From Camelus ferus (Eukaryota), in NCBI RefSeq assembly GCF_009834535.1, contig NC_045696.1, positions 59,832,001 to 59,896,000 on the forward strand: 64,000 bases of DNA, read 5' to 3'. Below the pieces are notes generated by a model, which made no database searches, had not been told where the DNA came from, and worked only from the letters and a program-made list of their open reading frames with translations. The first letter of the stretch is position 1. The number at the start of each line of letters is the position of its first letter. Shown here one piece after another: positions 12,786-26,761 of the stretch. The position numbers and the translations under genes were made by a program.

Positions 12786-15700
12786 CTCACCTCTTTGGAG
12801 ACTAGGAGGAGAAACTGAGGCAGAGGAAGTTGTACTGTTCTGTTTGAAAACGAGCAGGTGCCCTGCAGGCAGTGTCTGGTTTTCCCTGGCCCTTGTCCCC
12901 CCACCTATACCATATTCTGCTCCCCTCTTGGAGCCCCCATTTCCAGGTTATTTTTCATCTAAAACACAGATCCTGGCAGACAAGAAGGCCTGCCTTCTGG
13001 TACCACTTTTTCTGCTTGAATTTGTTATTCAATTTTCCAGCTCAACAAAGAGGAATATCTTTCCTGCCCCTCCCAGCTCTCCAAGGCTAAAGTATGACTT
13101 AAAAATCACACAAAGGCAGTATCACATGGAAAGAACCCTGGAACGGGAGCTAGAAAACCTGGACTCCAGTCTGGAGACAGTCAGCTGTGAGGCCTCAGGC
13201 CAGTCAGGCTTTCTGAGCCTCGGTTTTCTGTGGGAGGCGGCACAGCTCTGAGGGCGAGGGCACAGGCGTTTATGTAATTGGTGTGAACCCTATGAGCCCC
13301 ATGCAGAGCTAAAGTGTGATATCCAAAGACTTCCCTCTCCCGAACTGCTGACTCTGAAAACAGACCCCAACAGAAGGGGAGGTGCTTTTGCTCCTGAAAC
13401 TTGCTTTGCTGGGGGTATGGCAGGAATGGCCTGGGTGCATTTCCCCCTGAGACCCAGCTGGAGTGCCCACTCCTGGCTCTGGAAAGGGTTTGAGTGTCCA
13501 GAGCTGACCCTTCCTTCCCTCCCCAAACCCATAGTTCCCTAGCCACAGCTTCCATATCTTCAAAGAGCAAGCCTGCTGCTCCCTCCTCAGCCGCCTTGGC
13601 TCCTTGTCCCAGATTCAGAGCTTCAAAATAACCTGGCCAGACAGATTGAAGGAAATTTTTATGCCCCTAGTCAGGTGACTGACCTCCTGGCATCAGCAGT
13701 GTGTTTCCATCAGTGCCTGTTTCTGCATTTTATAAAAAGAATTTTTTTTTATGAAAAGAACTCTGGAGAAAAGAAAGTGGAGCCTCACATTCCTCCCGTT
13801 TTATTTTTACAAAATATTTTCCTTGTAATAGATCTGATAGGTTTGGCCCAAAGACTCACCTTTTTTCCTAGCTTTGTTCTAACTCTCCATGCAGATTGAT
13901 TTATATTCTGCCACTGGGAGGAGGGCATTTAGCTAGATGGAGCTGGGGTTTCTCTCTCCCAGGAGAATTAATTACAAGGTCTTCTACTGCGTGGTCACAT
14001 CTGTTATGGTTTCTATTTCTTCCAACCACTTGGGGAAGATGAGGTTTTCTTACCCTCCTGGAGGGAAGAGGTTCAGAGAGGTCATGGTCATGCAACAAAT
14101 AAAAAGAGCAGGTCTTGGTTATGGTGCAGAGCTAAGGTGTGATGGCCAAAGATTTTGCTCTCCTGGGTAGAGAGCCGAACTTGGCACATGATAGGAAGTC
14201 TGCTCCCCACGTGAGGCCCAGGTACTTTCTTAAGGACGGTCAGGTTCAGGCCCTTCCTTGTTGCACATCTGCTTGTTGGAGGAGAATTTCTTCCTCAACA
14301 ACTTTTTTAATCTCTTGACAGTTGGGGTGATTATCTGGCCTCACCCACACCCTTTCCCAGTGACTCAGGAGTCCAGCCACAGAAGCCAAGAAAGAGGTCC
14401 AGTTTCAAGGGCTGGAAATGTCTGCACTGGTTTCTCAGGCCAGCACAGTCACCTAGCCATGCGTGTCCAATGGCACCCTCACCCTCTGGAGGCCTAGCCC
14501 ATTTCATGTGTGTCACTCACTAATAAGATTACAAGGTGCCACTGACCTGGGAGAAGTTGCTCTGAGAACCAGCTCTGAGAGGAGCAAAGGCTACCGCCTC
14601 CCTTTCCCACACCCCACGGCATCAGGGTTCACCTACAGACTCACTCAACGTGATTTCCTAGTAAATTCAAGTTAACAAAAGTTGGTTAACACAGTATCAC
14701 AGTGAATACTATAAAGGGCCAACAGATTATGTGAGATCACGTCCCTCCATGTGACTGTAAGCAGTTTTGATTAAATGCCTATGTTATATAGCGGATTTCA
14801 AAACAGTGCTCTAATAGAGGCAGGAGCATTCATGTATTTGTTCAGTGGGTATTTAAACACCCACTCAGGCACTGGGGTAATAGTAGTAGCTACTCTCTCA
14901 GTCTCTCCTGTGTACCTGGCTCCGTACTGAATTCTTTCCTCCCAACAGCATCATGACATAGGTACTGTTATGATTATTTTTGTCGGACAGGTGAGAGAGC
15001 ACAAAGCGGTTAAGGAACTTCCCAAGGTTGTGCATTCACAACCTGTCTCCCAGGATGCCTGTGAGCATGGTCACTGGCTTCACACGATGGCAGGGTTAGG
15101 GTTGGATGGACTAATAGGATGTAAACCATCTTGGAGAAGGGTAAGGGTGAGGAAGGGGCTTGAGCAAAGGCCCTGCGGTATGAAAATGCCTGGCACATCT
15201 TGAGAAGAGAATTCGGTCTGGGGACCTGGGTGTATGTGGGAAGAGTTGTAGGAGACAGAGCCTGGCAGGTGAGTTGGAACCAGACTCTGAAGGCCTCAGG
15301 GGACTTGCTAGGAAGCCTGGACTTGACCCAGTGGACAGTGAGGAGGCAGTGGAAGGTTGTTAGGCAGAGTCCGGGGGATTCATTCTGTACTTTAGGAAGA
15401 TAACTGGCACCTAACTAAGAACAGTGGGGACGGGCAGGCCTGTTGGAGCGCAGGTTGCAGAGGACCTAGTGAAAGGTGGAAAATGCCTGATGGCCTGGCC
15501 AGGGAGAGGAATGAGTGCTAGTGAGAGGCCGATAAGGAACAGGAAGAAGCAGCAGTGAAAGCGGCTGAGTGCTGCCCGGGATGTCAGGGGAGCACCGTCG
15601 GGTGTGGGAGTTCCCCGGAATCAGCCTTCCCCTCTCCCATGTCCTCGGGGCAAAGTTTGACCTGTTGTGGGTCCACAGACTCTGGGAGGCTGGTTCACTC

Positions 15701-16059
15701 AGTAAGAGAAGTTTGGGGAATAGGGATATGATCAAGGTCAATCATTAAGGGATGAGACCCCAGCATATTCATTCCCTAAAGTCTTTATCCAAAGTCAAGA
15801 TCTTGGCTTCCAAGTTGGAAAGGGGAGTTGCAGAAGGGAAGGCAGAACACCACCACCACACCGTCCCACCCTGCAACCCCAGCCCCTCTCCTGACAGGCT
15901 TCTCGTGGGCTGAGCTCCCCCACCGTGAGGCCAATGCGTGCACAGCAGCAAACCACCTTTCAGTTCCTTTCCTCTCAACTATTTGTGGGAGAGGTGGTAG
16001 ATTTTTTTCATTATTCTGTTGAAAGTCATATTTTTGTCCTTTTATTTTTGAGGACATTC

Positions 16060-16450
16060 TTAATGTTGTCTAAGCAAAATACCAAGGAGAGATAGGAGAG
16101 AGATTTGGACTAGAAATCCCCATAAAACAATGTGCTTGACACACAGGCATTCATAGAGAACTATACCCAACAACTGGTGTCTCTGCGTTCTTCTCAGGGA
16201 CACACGGGACTTTTTACAAAAATTGACCGTGTTTTACTCTTTAAGCCAGAGCCAACAAAAATCAAGGAATCAGTGTCTTATAGACCAAGTTCTCCAACCA
16301 CAATGAGGTTAAGTTGGAAATCAATAGTAAGAAGATAATTTTTTTTAATTTCATACATTTGTAAATTTTAAAACATTTCTATTACAGTTGGGTCAAAGAA
16401 AAAATTATGGTTGAAGAAAAAATACTTAGAGCTTAATGATAAAGAAAATA
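16060..16450 (+). mobile_element. Degraded L1 ORF2 (endonuclease region) fragment
   Basis: Decayed similarity to L1 EN C-terminus (…GLFTKIDRVL…, KKYLELND.EN) in ORFs 16132 and 16411. Confidence 0.5.
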
Positions 16451-19400
16451 CTTGGGAGGTAAGGAACTGGTTCAAAAAGAGCATTCTATTGCTTTTTGGG
16501 ATTGTTGCGTTTGTGTGGGGTTTTTTTTGTTTTTTTGGGGTTTTTTTGTTTGTTTATTTGCAGCTTGTTTTATGTCCTCTTAGAGATGAGCAGAGGTTGG
16601 AATATTTTCCAAATTTTTAGAGAAATGTTTTCTAAAAAGTTAGAAAATCATATCTGGTTTGGCCAGATTGAAAACACGAAGGGTTAAACCTCCAAACCAG
16701 AAATCATACCTCAGTTTTTAGAAATTGTTTGTCTGGTATCTGTTCATTTTATTACCAAATCTCATCACCTAAAATCATCTAAAATCCCTTTCCTTCCTCC
16801 TCTGAACATGGATTCACATGAAACAAGCACAAAGAGACTAGGAAGAGGAGGCAGAGTATAGAAATTTTGCTTCATTCAAGACAGCTCTGAGTCAAGTTTA
16901 GGACTTTTGATTGGAGTTTTGTTTGACCATTTTTATTCCTTCAGCATCCTCGGTATGTAGTTTTGAACTGTGTTTTGTGACTGGTGATGCGGGATTTAGA
17001 AAAAAGCAGGTATTTTCCTTCTGGAGTGAGTTCTGGCGCCTGGTTTTCTAGGCAGATGAGGATTTCATCCTCACTCTCAGGTCGTGGAGTCAGAATCTTG
17101 GACCCTGACTGGCAAGAAAAATAGACTCAAGATTTCCTCAGAGCTCAGCATGTTGTTCATTGCTGGTTGATTTTACCTGTAATTCTTTCCTGTTATGGCA
17201 CTGCCCTCCTATTTTAAAGAAAAATCAAGAAAATGGCTGGAACTCTCTCGAGAAGGAAGAACCAAGTTGCTGCTGGACTGTGTTGTGCCGGCTCTGGGAG
17301 GATGCTCTACCACCTGCCGCCCTCTGCTGTTCAAATAAAACCAGATTCCTAAGCAGCTCTTTCCCACACTGTGTATACCAGCCTCCTCCTCCCTGTACGC
17401 GGGTCTCCCAGAGAGAGAACGACGTTATCTTTCTTCCTCAGCCGCTTCCATTTCGGATTCCAGATCTCTCCTTTTTCCCGCCCAGGCCTCTACACGGGCC
17501 CCCAAACTGGTTCTAAGGAAGGAAAACATTGGGTTTCAAGAAATATGTACAGCTTATGATTAACCCTTCAGGGCCCAGGCTGATACCCCAGGTCCCCGCA
17601 CACACCAGACAAGGTGGTCAGACCTAAATTCTAGTCCACTCATGGAGTGACCTCGGTTAATTTGACTTAACAAATACTATCTGATCTTCTGCTATGTGCA
17701 AGGTGCTATGTTAAGCAATATGGCAGGCGGTACATAGACCCCATAAACAGGTTACTATCTTCAAAGGGTTCACAAGTCCAGTAGGGCAGTCAACATGCAG
17801 GGACGATGTTGTGATAGCTGGCAGCACTGACCAGAGCCACGGGTACCAGCCTCTGAAAGAGCAGAGAGGAGGTGAGGATCACTCTTGGCTAAATCTCAGA
17901 CCCTGACGGACCAGTGAGAGTCCAGAACAAGTCGCATTCCAGATTAATGGAAATAGGAGAACACTGCAAGTCCACGGCAAGGCATTTTCTCAACTCTTCT
18001 CTCCCAAATTAGAACCTCCACCATTTTACATTTTCATTGATTGACAAGTATCAGTGGAGCACATATGTGCCAAGTACTGTGCTAGGCTCTGCAGCAATGA
18101 CAGTGAACGAAACGTGGCCCTTGCCCGCATGGGCCTTCGAGTCCATAGGGAGCCACAGACAAATATAAAGACACCGTGTGAGAAGGTCGTCATGACCCTC
18201 CTCCACGTCATACTCTGATTTGCTTCAAAGGAGAAAGAGAAAAAAATGAGGGCGGAATCTCCTATGGGCATAATTCAGAGTCACAGTTAGAGAAACATTA
18301 GTGTGGATATTCCCAGGCTCTTGGTCCTTGCTGGAGGAAAGAGGAGGACTCCCGTGATGGGGAGCAAGGCTGGGGAGCACAGGTCAGCAGGCAGAACTTT
18401 GACATTGATGACAGTTTCACGATGCTTTTCCCAAGATCTGGCCTCAGCACTGAATGCTGAGGTGGAAGGAGGGCTCAGAGCCAGTCCTCTGTCACTGTCC
18501 CCGTGATCTTACACTTACTTCCCTGTTGCCTCTGGAAGTAGGAATAAATAACACCTGCTCGGCACTTCCTCCAGAGTTCTGAAGGAGCAAATGAAGGAAT
18601 TTATGAGTAGTTTGTGCCAACTATATAACGTAAACAAATCAGAGATGGTATTACTCTTATCAGCAACACCTGGGCCGGCCGAGCCGCAGAGGTGTGAAGA
18701 TGGGTGCTTCCCACTAGCCTCTTCTAGATGGAGAACCTGCAGTTAAGCCATATGGACAGCCTTTCTCTCCAAGGTCCCCACTAAGGTCTACACCCAAACT
18801 AGGAAGATTTTCTTTTTAAATGGTGCCTGTGTTCAATAACAGACATCACCAGTGGAGTTGTGATGAGAAAGAAAAATAAGGCAAGAATTCTCTAAGCAGC
18901 AGCTGGGGGCATTTATAAAAGTACTGCCACAGTGCAGGTTTATGACAGCCCACTACATGTTTATAATGTAGGAGACTGCTATTTGTCTCTTCCATTTGTC
19001 ATCCATCTCCTCACTGAGACTCCTGGTGTGGACTCAGTGCTCCCTTGTGGAGTCCCATCAAGATGGGAAATACAGAGCTGGCCACATCCCCCAACTCTTT
19101 TTAACCCTGGAGTCCCTCTGATTGAGCAGGAGTAGGACGAGGGAGAGGGCAGTCCTTCATGTTTGCTGAAGCTGGTTATTAACATCAGCCGGGCACCGTC
19201 CTGGGCACGGAGATGTCACTGAATTCCATCTTCCCCACTGGACTGCTGGCCCACTGAGGACAGTCAGCATTCTGCCTCACTCCCGGCTGGACGCCAGCCA
19301 CCACCTAGCAGGGTCGGCTCAAAAAATCATCAAATAGATTAATTCCTTCTGTCAAACAGCTTTCCGGGTGGGCATTACTGTCCCCACTTTACAGATAAAA

Positions 19401-22108
19401 CCAGGGCCTAAGCTGCTTGGGAATGTTGTTCAAGGCAAGAGATCACGTCTGGCTTAGGGTCTGGATACTATGTGCTCTGCTGCTCCCAGAGTTTACCATC
19501 CCTCCAGCGCCACACCCCACTAGGAACCTCCTCCCTCAGAGGCTATGTATTTTATGGTTTTTAAATCATTTTCCAAAAAGTTTGCATTCCACTGTGTTTG
19601 CAAACAGTCTTTAGTCAAATATGATTAGTAATATACCCAGAAGTAATTATTTTATAGATCTTTTCCGGATTCTGTGTATGAATCTGAAATGAGGACATAG
19701 GTCAAATATTCATTCAACCAACACGAATTAAATGCCCGTTACGAGGCAGACCAGGGGCTAGAGACCTGAGGTACAAAGCTGAATAACAAACAGATCCTGT
19801 CCTTGAGGAAGCTACAGTCTAATAGCTCTAACTGCACCTTTTTTCTATTAAAAAAAATAATTACAAAAGTGAAACATACTGACTGCAGAATATTTGGAAA
19901 ACTCAGGTAAGAAGAAAAAGGAAAAAAAAATCACGCAGCATTCAGTTGTTTTATAAATCCTGAGGTCAGGACCTTTGTCTTAGCATCTCTGTATCTAGAA
20001 AACCTTACACCAGCCTAGAGAAGACAATGCTTTTTGAATGAGGGGGACAGTCACCCTTCATCCCATCACCCTGAGAAAACCACTATTAACGTCTGGGAAA
20101 TATTCCTGGTTTCCTTTTCTTTGCATATGAAACGACTAGTTCAATGTCATTCTCCTGACTCACCTAAACCAGGTGGATCAATTCCTGGCTTCCCCAGCTT
20201 CCCCTGCAAGGGAGGCCGTGCTGCCTGCCATACCCGCCTTGCGTGCTGGTGGTTTATTTAATTGTTCAACTGGAACCACTCCTTCTCCCTCTGCCACTGC
20301 CCAGGGGCTCCTCACAGAGAGGGAGTCTGTAAGATGTGGACAAAGCAGTGGCTTTTACCAAATGCCCCAGGCTTCCCCTGCTCCATTCCAGAGAAGCCTC
20401 AGGGGCAGGAAGTGGGTTTATCTAAGATCAGTTCCATTGGATAGAGGGGCATTTTCAGCAGCTTTCCTCAAACTAGGCTGTGTGTTGATTCACCTGAGGC
20501 GGCTTTCAAACTTCCTGATTTCAACCTCACTTCACACCAATTAAAACAATTTCTAGGCATGAGGCCCAGGCATTGGCTTGTTACTGTGTTTTTTAAGCCA
20601 CCTGGGTCAAGGATTGAGAACCACTGATTTAAAAGTAAGCGGGGGCAGAGGTGTGAGTGACCTTTTGAAACTAGCAGAGGGCTCTGCGGTGGTCAGTCTT
20701 GAGACACTCAGCCCCAGGACTTGGCGTTGCAAGAGTTTTCTGCAGTTCGCTATGTGAAAAACCTTGGTGGTAGATGTGGGCGGTCGGTTTGCAGAGGGGA
20801 ACTCAAAAGAAGAAATAATATCTTTTTTCCAAAGTGCTCATATGGTTGCCTGTAGAAGGGAAAACCCACACAGAAACCAAGTTTGCATGGGTAAATCAGA
20901 GAGAAACGTGAGTGCCCCAACAGGGAAGGCACAGGAGACCTTCTGGCTTCATTATGAAGAAAAGAAGGCTTTTGCAAGATAAACTATTGAGATAAACCAC
21001 TGCCACAGTGGGCCTCTTAGCAAAAGGGAGATTAGAAGTAGGTCATCTTTATTTAACTAGTCGTGGAAGACTCATTCTTTGCCAAGCACTGTTTAACATA
21101 CATTATTGCATTTAATCTTTGTGATAACACTTTGCACTAGGGATTATTTATCCCCATTTTATCGTGAAGGAGAATGCCTGATAGTAGTTTTTAACTAATT
21201 AGGAGAAAACCACATTGAACAAAAGAGATAATAAGCCTCAGCCTCTCCTCCTCCTGAGCCCAGGTTTTGTTCACCCCGCTCAGATTTACGACCCAGACTG
21301 TAGAATTAGAGGTCAGGCCAAAATGGGAAGAAAATCAAGGTGACCATCCTCTCAAGAAGAGGTAACGGGTTGTCGCCTGGAAGATCCGTGGTATCCCAAG
21401 GCAGGCAGCTCTGTGTGTGCAAAGAGCTCCCGCGGTCCCCGCCAACCAGTCACATGACCAGACAAGTCACACGGTTGGCCCAAGTCTCCGTCGTTTCACC
21501 CATGCGGCCAATAGGGCCAGAACCATCAGGGCAGTGGTTTTTAAGTTGCCTTCTGGAGGCCTGGGCAAGGGAGGAGTGCTAGGGACCAGATGGACCAGGG
21601 GTGGGTCAGGTGGGACACTTCTCTCTTTCCCCTTCAACCAGACAAGCTCTGAAACGAAACCCCTGGGTTTGTTCATGTCCATGACCCTTCCAGTTTGATA
21701 GATGCCAGTTCCTCTGTTTTGAAAATTCCTGATGCTGGGAAGAATCAATGCCCTCAAGGTTCTTGAGGGCATATTGAGGTGGGGCACAGGGGGCGGGGAG
21801 GGGATGGTGGGGAATGGGTTTTTGTGCCTGTGGTAGGGAGGAAGAGCAGGTGAGGTGATGGAGGCCAGAAAGACACAGTAAACCTGCCTGGGACCTCGGC
21901 TGCCCAGAGTTCAATGTGAATAGTCAGCAGACAAGAAAGTAAACCAGGTGCCCTTGTTACTGCAATAGCGATACAATCTCAAACGACAGAGCCTGGGCTC
22001 CAGGCTTCTCTCCCCAAATTGTGCTTTTTTTACTCAATAGGGTTTGTCTCTTGTTCTCTTGTAGTAGTTTAGGCTTTAAGCAATTTTCTGTTTCTTTGTG
22101 TTTTTCAG

Positions 22109-22136
22109 ATCTTAAATCCAAATTTCATCCAAGAAG
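22109..22136 (+). CDS. KALRN: KALRN 28-nt coding microexon (ILNPNFIQE + G)
   Basis: tttttcAG acceptor, GTGAGT donor; needed to join the phase-0 upstream exon to the phase-1 Ig exon; absent from the ORF track. Confidence 0.9.
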
Positions 22137-22634
22137 GTGAGTTAAAAATGATAGAATTGAGAATACAGAGATTGGCTAAATAAATTATGGCAAATCCAGC
22201 CCTGAGGTAGCGCCTTTAAACAACGATGATGTACTTCTGTATTTATGGACGAGAAAAGTGTTTACAATAAACTGTTAGGGTGAAAAAGACCACAACTTGC
22301 ATTATGCACAGTGGGATCCACTTTTTGTAAGAAAAAATGTGTTTCTATGAAGTCTGAAAGGATATATTCCAGACTCTTCACGGTAACTGCTGCATGATGG
22401 CATCATGGAGCCTTTCCCCCTCTTTTTAAATCTGTATTTCCTAATTTTTCTAAAATAAACATTTATTACTTTAAAAATACTTTTTCACGGGACACAGATG
22501 ACTACACTGTTAAGCTCAAGTTTATGTGAATTGTTCCACAACACAGGTGGGAAATGGGAGGGTTGTGTTATAAAATAACTGTTTTATTCTAAGTTTGTTC
22601 TGAATGATGCAAATTTATGTCTATTTGACCACAG

Positions 22635-22806
22635 TGGCCCCAGAATTCCTTGTGCCCTTAGTGGATGTGACCTGCTTGCTTGGGGACACAGTGACACTGC
22701 AGTGCAAAGTCTGTGGCCGCCCGAAGCCCACCATCACCTGGAAGGGTCCAGATCAGAATATCCTTGACACTGACAACAGCTCAGCTACATACACCGTCTC
22801 CTCCTG
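22635..22806 (+). CDS. KALRN: KALRN Ig-like domain exon 1 (VAPEFLVPLVDVTCLLGDTVTLQCKVCGRPKPTITWKG...)
   Basis: ccacAG acceptor, GTAAGC donor; I-set Ig motif L.C...G.P.P.I.W. Confidence 0.95.
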
Positions 22807-23979
22807 GTAAGCCGATGGCCCCACGTCAGCAGCCCCAGCACCTCAGCACGGTACCTGGAGGCTGAGTCTGGGATGCAGCTCCTACTCTGGTTACTCAGTC
22901 TCTCAAGAGAATAGCTGCCCCAGAGCCTATTCTAACACAAACCATTTGTACCCCTCGGGATCTCGTGAAATGATGGTATGCTCAATTCCCCTGTTAGCTT
23001 AAGAACAATTTTCTTAGAAGAATAAAAAATGACTGACTCCAAAGTGTGCATCCAGGCACAAGCGTGCTTCTATGCAAAGACTTTAACAAAACTTAGCTGA
23101 CTGCCTTCTAATTATTCTGTTAATATTTATTGCCACTAATTGAGAGCTTTATTGCACGGTACCACTTCCAGTGGACAAGCAGTAACAAGCCCTAGATACT
23201 TAAGAAACATTTATGAAAGGAACACCTAGGATCAAGACACTTCATCCTTTAACCTAATGTATGTGCCTGTGAGATGGTGTTCCCAGCAGAGACTCCCTGG
23301 CCAGGTGCTAAAATGTCAGTGGACCCAGGGAGCTTGGTGGGAGTGTCAGCGCCTGGTGAGGATCAGGAAGATCACTAGGTTATGTCACAACCAGTAGGGA
23401 GCAAGTGGGCTGACTGTGACTTCTGCATTTAACCCTTTCAGAGCAGTTCTTCCCTTGTGATGTCCTGGACCCCTGGCTGGGACCACTGGGAAAGTTATTT
23501 AGTAGAAAAATTTGCCTTTACTTAATTCACTTAATTATTTTGAGGGTCCCACATGGAGAATGCGAAGTACTTGAATCTTTTCATTTTTTCAGTCTTTCAA
23601 TTTTCTTATACCATTCAGTATTGATCGTGAGACTGAAGATATTTTCGGACAAAGTGGCTAGGTGGCTTATTACCGGTAATATTGGGGACCAGTACTTGAA
23701 TAGGACTTTACATATTTCATGTTCTAATTCTTATCTCACTTACTCCTTTACCATCCCTCATTTACAACCAGCTTGAGATATGGACATGCAAGAATTTTCT
23801 TCCTCTATTGGCATTGGGGAGATAGACAAGTAGTGTGATCACCCAAGGTGTGTAAGAAGGGAACAGAACAGAGATTAGACCTTGGGCCAAATGATTCAGC
23901 TCAGCACTCCATGCACCAATCCTTTACTATCAGCTGTCTCATGACTGGACTTTAAAGGGCATCCTTTTGGTGTCCCTAG

Positions 23980-24101
23980 TGATTCCGGGGAAATCACCCT
24001 GAAGATCTGCAATCTGATGCCCCAAGACAGCGGGATTTATACCTGCATAGCAGCCAATGACCACGGCACCGCATCAACGTCTGCTACCGTTAAAGTGCAA
24101 G
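23980..24101 (+). CDS. KALRN: KALRN Ig-like domain exon 2 (CDSGEITLKICNLMPQDSGIYTCIAANDHGTASTSATVKVQ)
   Basis: ccctAG acceptor, GTACAG donor; Ig D.G.Y.C motif; read directly from sequence. Confidence 0.94.
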
Positions 24102-24139
24102 GTACAGTCTCTTTTATTAGTTGAATATTTTTATGCTGT

Positions 24140-24335
24140 TTTTAATATTCAGTTTTAATTTGTGATAAAATACACATAAGCAAAATTTATCATCTTAACC
24201 AGCTTCAAGTGTCCAGTTCAGTACTGTTAAGTGTATTTGCATGGTTTTGCAGCCAGTCTCCAGTGACTTTTCGTCTTGCAAAACTGCAGCTCTGCACCCA
24301 TTAAACAACGACTCTCCATTCCTCATAGTCCTCTG
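24140..24335 (-). mobile_element. Old L1 (L1MB-like) 3' fragment
   Basis: gtgataaaatacacataagcaaaatttatcatcttaacc...tcttgcaaaactg...cccattaaacaacgactc. Confidence 0.55.
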
Positions 24336-24567
24336 ACCAAACTGTCTCGCCAGTGTGCAGTAATTAGCCCGAGGAAGAACTTCAGACAGCAAGGTGTATC
24401 TCCCAGGTCTCCCAAGGGCCAAGAGAAAGGTGTGCCACTGGGTGGAGAAGGTCATAGGAAACATTTGAGACCTGGGTTAGGTAACATTCCCTAGGGAACT
24501 TCCAGCCTTGGTGTAAGATGCCAAGTTCTGCAGAAACAGCATTTGACCCTAGTTTCTGTCCTGGTAG

Positions 24568-24699
24568 GTGTTCCAGCGGCCCCTAACCGCCCCATTGCCC
24601 AGGAGAGAAGCTGCACCTCCGTGATTCTCCGCTGGCTGCCCCCATCCAGCACGGGAAACTGCACGATTTCTGGTTACACCGTGGAGTACAGAGAGGAAG
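24568..24699 (+). CDS. KALRN: KALRN fibronectin type III exon 1 (GVPAAPNRP...ILRWLPP...SGYTVEYREE)
   Basis: ggtAG acceptor, GTAAGC donor; FN3 W..P and Y.VEY motifs. Confidence 0.95.
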
Positions 24700-25350
24700 G
24701 TAAGCCATCTCCCCTGCCCTCCTCTGTCTAGCTTCGTTTCCTCGTAAGGAGGTCCTTCAGGGTCATGAAACTATTTGATCAGCTGTTCCTTCTTGTGCCT
24801 TCCAACTCAGCACAAAGGCCTCAGTGCCAAAGGACAGGCGGCTTTGATCTCAAATACCAAAATGATAATGACTCCGGGCAGGTTTCAAAGTACCTTCACA
24901 TGCATTTCCCTACTTCCAAGCCCAATCACCCAGACAGGGCTAGTCAGGTCTGTTTTATAGGTGAGGAGGCTAAGGCTTAAAGAAAGTTAAGAAACATAAG
25001 GCTGGGGTTCATAAGATGCAGAGCTGGCGTGAGCGGCCCGGTCTCTAGTTTGCTAACCTGTGATCTTTCTCCTAGAGTAGTAACTGGGGTGGGAAAAGCA
25101 GAGCTCTACACCACCCCCGACCCCCAGACAAAATTCAGAGATCTCTATCTAAAATTATTCAACTTTTAAATGTGTTACACTTACATGCTGAGTGCATACA
25201 GCTCCTTAGTGGTTAGAAATAGCTGAGCCTGAAACCTATTAGCAGGAAGAATGAGTTAAAATGAGATGCCGCCAGGAATTGTTAATAATACATCTCTGAA
25301 CCACATAATAACTCACACTGAATTGAAAGCAACTGCTTTCACCTGGAACC

Positions 25351-25834
25351 TGTTGACTGCGATAAACGCACAGCCTAAAAGTTGAGAGTTATGTTTTATT
25401 TAGTGGACATTTCTGAGGACTCGTACCCCTTCAAGCCTGGGGTGACAGCCTCCCAGATCCTCTGAGGGACTGCTCCGAAGACGTAGGGGAGGAGCCGGGA
25501 TATACAGGAGTTTTTTTACAACAAAGGCCAGGTAGTCGGAATGTTAAAAGATTACTTGTTAACTAAAAGAAAACCGGGCATCTCAAGTTAAAGAATTTAG
25601 CGCTTTTCTATGTATGGGAGGGAGCAAACATTTGGGCTCATTGAATTCATTCTTTTGACAACCAACTAGCTGTCTAGGGCCAGTATCCTGTCCTTTCTTA
25701 TTCTGAGTCCCCTGAGGCTGCAGAGGCCGGGCTGCAGACTCGTCTTCACTGTGGGGGGTGGTGCAGCGGCTGATGACTTGACGGCTTCAGCATTCTTTGT
25801 TTACTGATACTGTTGGCGGAATTTTTCACTCACT
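25351..25834 (-). mobile_element. Solo ERV1-type LTR (MER41-like artiodactyl family, from memory)
   Basis: Begins TG; minus-strand AATAAA near the left end; retains CpGs; ~480 bp; right boundary approximate. Confidence 0.65.
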
Positions 25835-26596
25835 AACTGGAAGCCTTTATTTCACACCACTCTCCATTACTCTTCTTATTCTAACCCTTCTTTTTTCTAT
25901 TAAACAGGCCCTGTGCAGTTAAAAAGCTATTTATGTTTGCCTCTTTCGTTAGCTGTTCACGGTGTCTCCCAACTCAGCACAAAGCTATCAACGCAGAGCT
26001 GAAACTGTATTTGCCGTGGCTTTATTCAGGTCATAGTTCATCTTATAAACTGAGATCTCTTGGGAAAAAGTATTTAACCTTTTCTGAGCCTCAGTTTCTT
26101 CTTCTGTAAAGTGAGACCAATGCTCCCGACCTCCTAGGAAGTTCTGTGGATTTAAGTGAGAAGGTTACGTGAGAGAATTACAGGACTCCTCCGCAGTATT
26201 TTACATGTACGCAGTGCTCAGTGAGTGTTCATTTCCCTTCTGTTTCTATTTCCAAATGCATATTTCCTCCCATTTTGTTATTCATTCACAATGTATTTTC
26301 TTGGCCTCGTTACACATTTGCCACATGTCTGTCCATTCTGCGTGCTCTGTGTCTTTTCTCTCTCTCGGGTGCACATTCGAAAATGAGCAGACGCTACAGG
26401 CCTGCTGCTTTCACAGCTTCATATGTATTCGGTCTTTTAGGAAATGGAAACCCGCAGGCTTTCAAGGCCCGAAGCAGTGACCACAACTGTCCCTTGAACG
26501 GGATATGTCAATTTTCCTTTCTTTGTTTGCTGAAGGTCTTTGAAACAATGTCCCCCTGGCCTTTTCTTTCCCTCTCCTCGAAAATCTGCACCCTAG

Positions 26597-26761
26597 GTTC
26601 CCAGGCCTGGCAGCAGTCGGTAGCATCGACCTTGGACACATACCTTGTCATCGAAGACCTCAGTCCTGGGAGTCCTTATCAGTTCAGAGTCAGTGCCAGT
26701 AACCCCTGGGGCATCAGCCTTCCCAGTGAGCCCTCGGAGTTCGTGCGACTTCCAGAATATG
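26597..26761 (+). CDS. KALRN: KALRN fibronectin type III exon 2 (GSQAWQQ...LSPGSPYQFRVSASNPWGISLPSEPSEFVRLPEY)
   Basis: ccctAG acceptor, GTGAGT donor; FN3 L.PG..Y.FRV.A.N..G motif. Confidence 0.95.

Noticed and set aside
8800..22000. Many 60-135 aa ORFs in the 13.6-kb KALRN intron
   Set aside because: No recognisable domains or consistent splice/phase structure; typical random ORFs and old repeats
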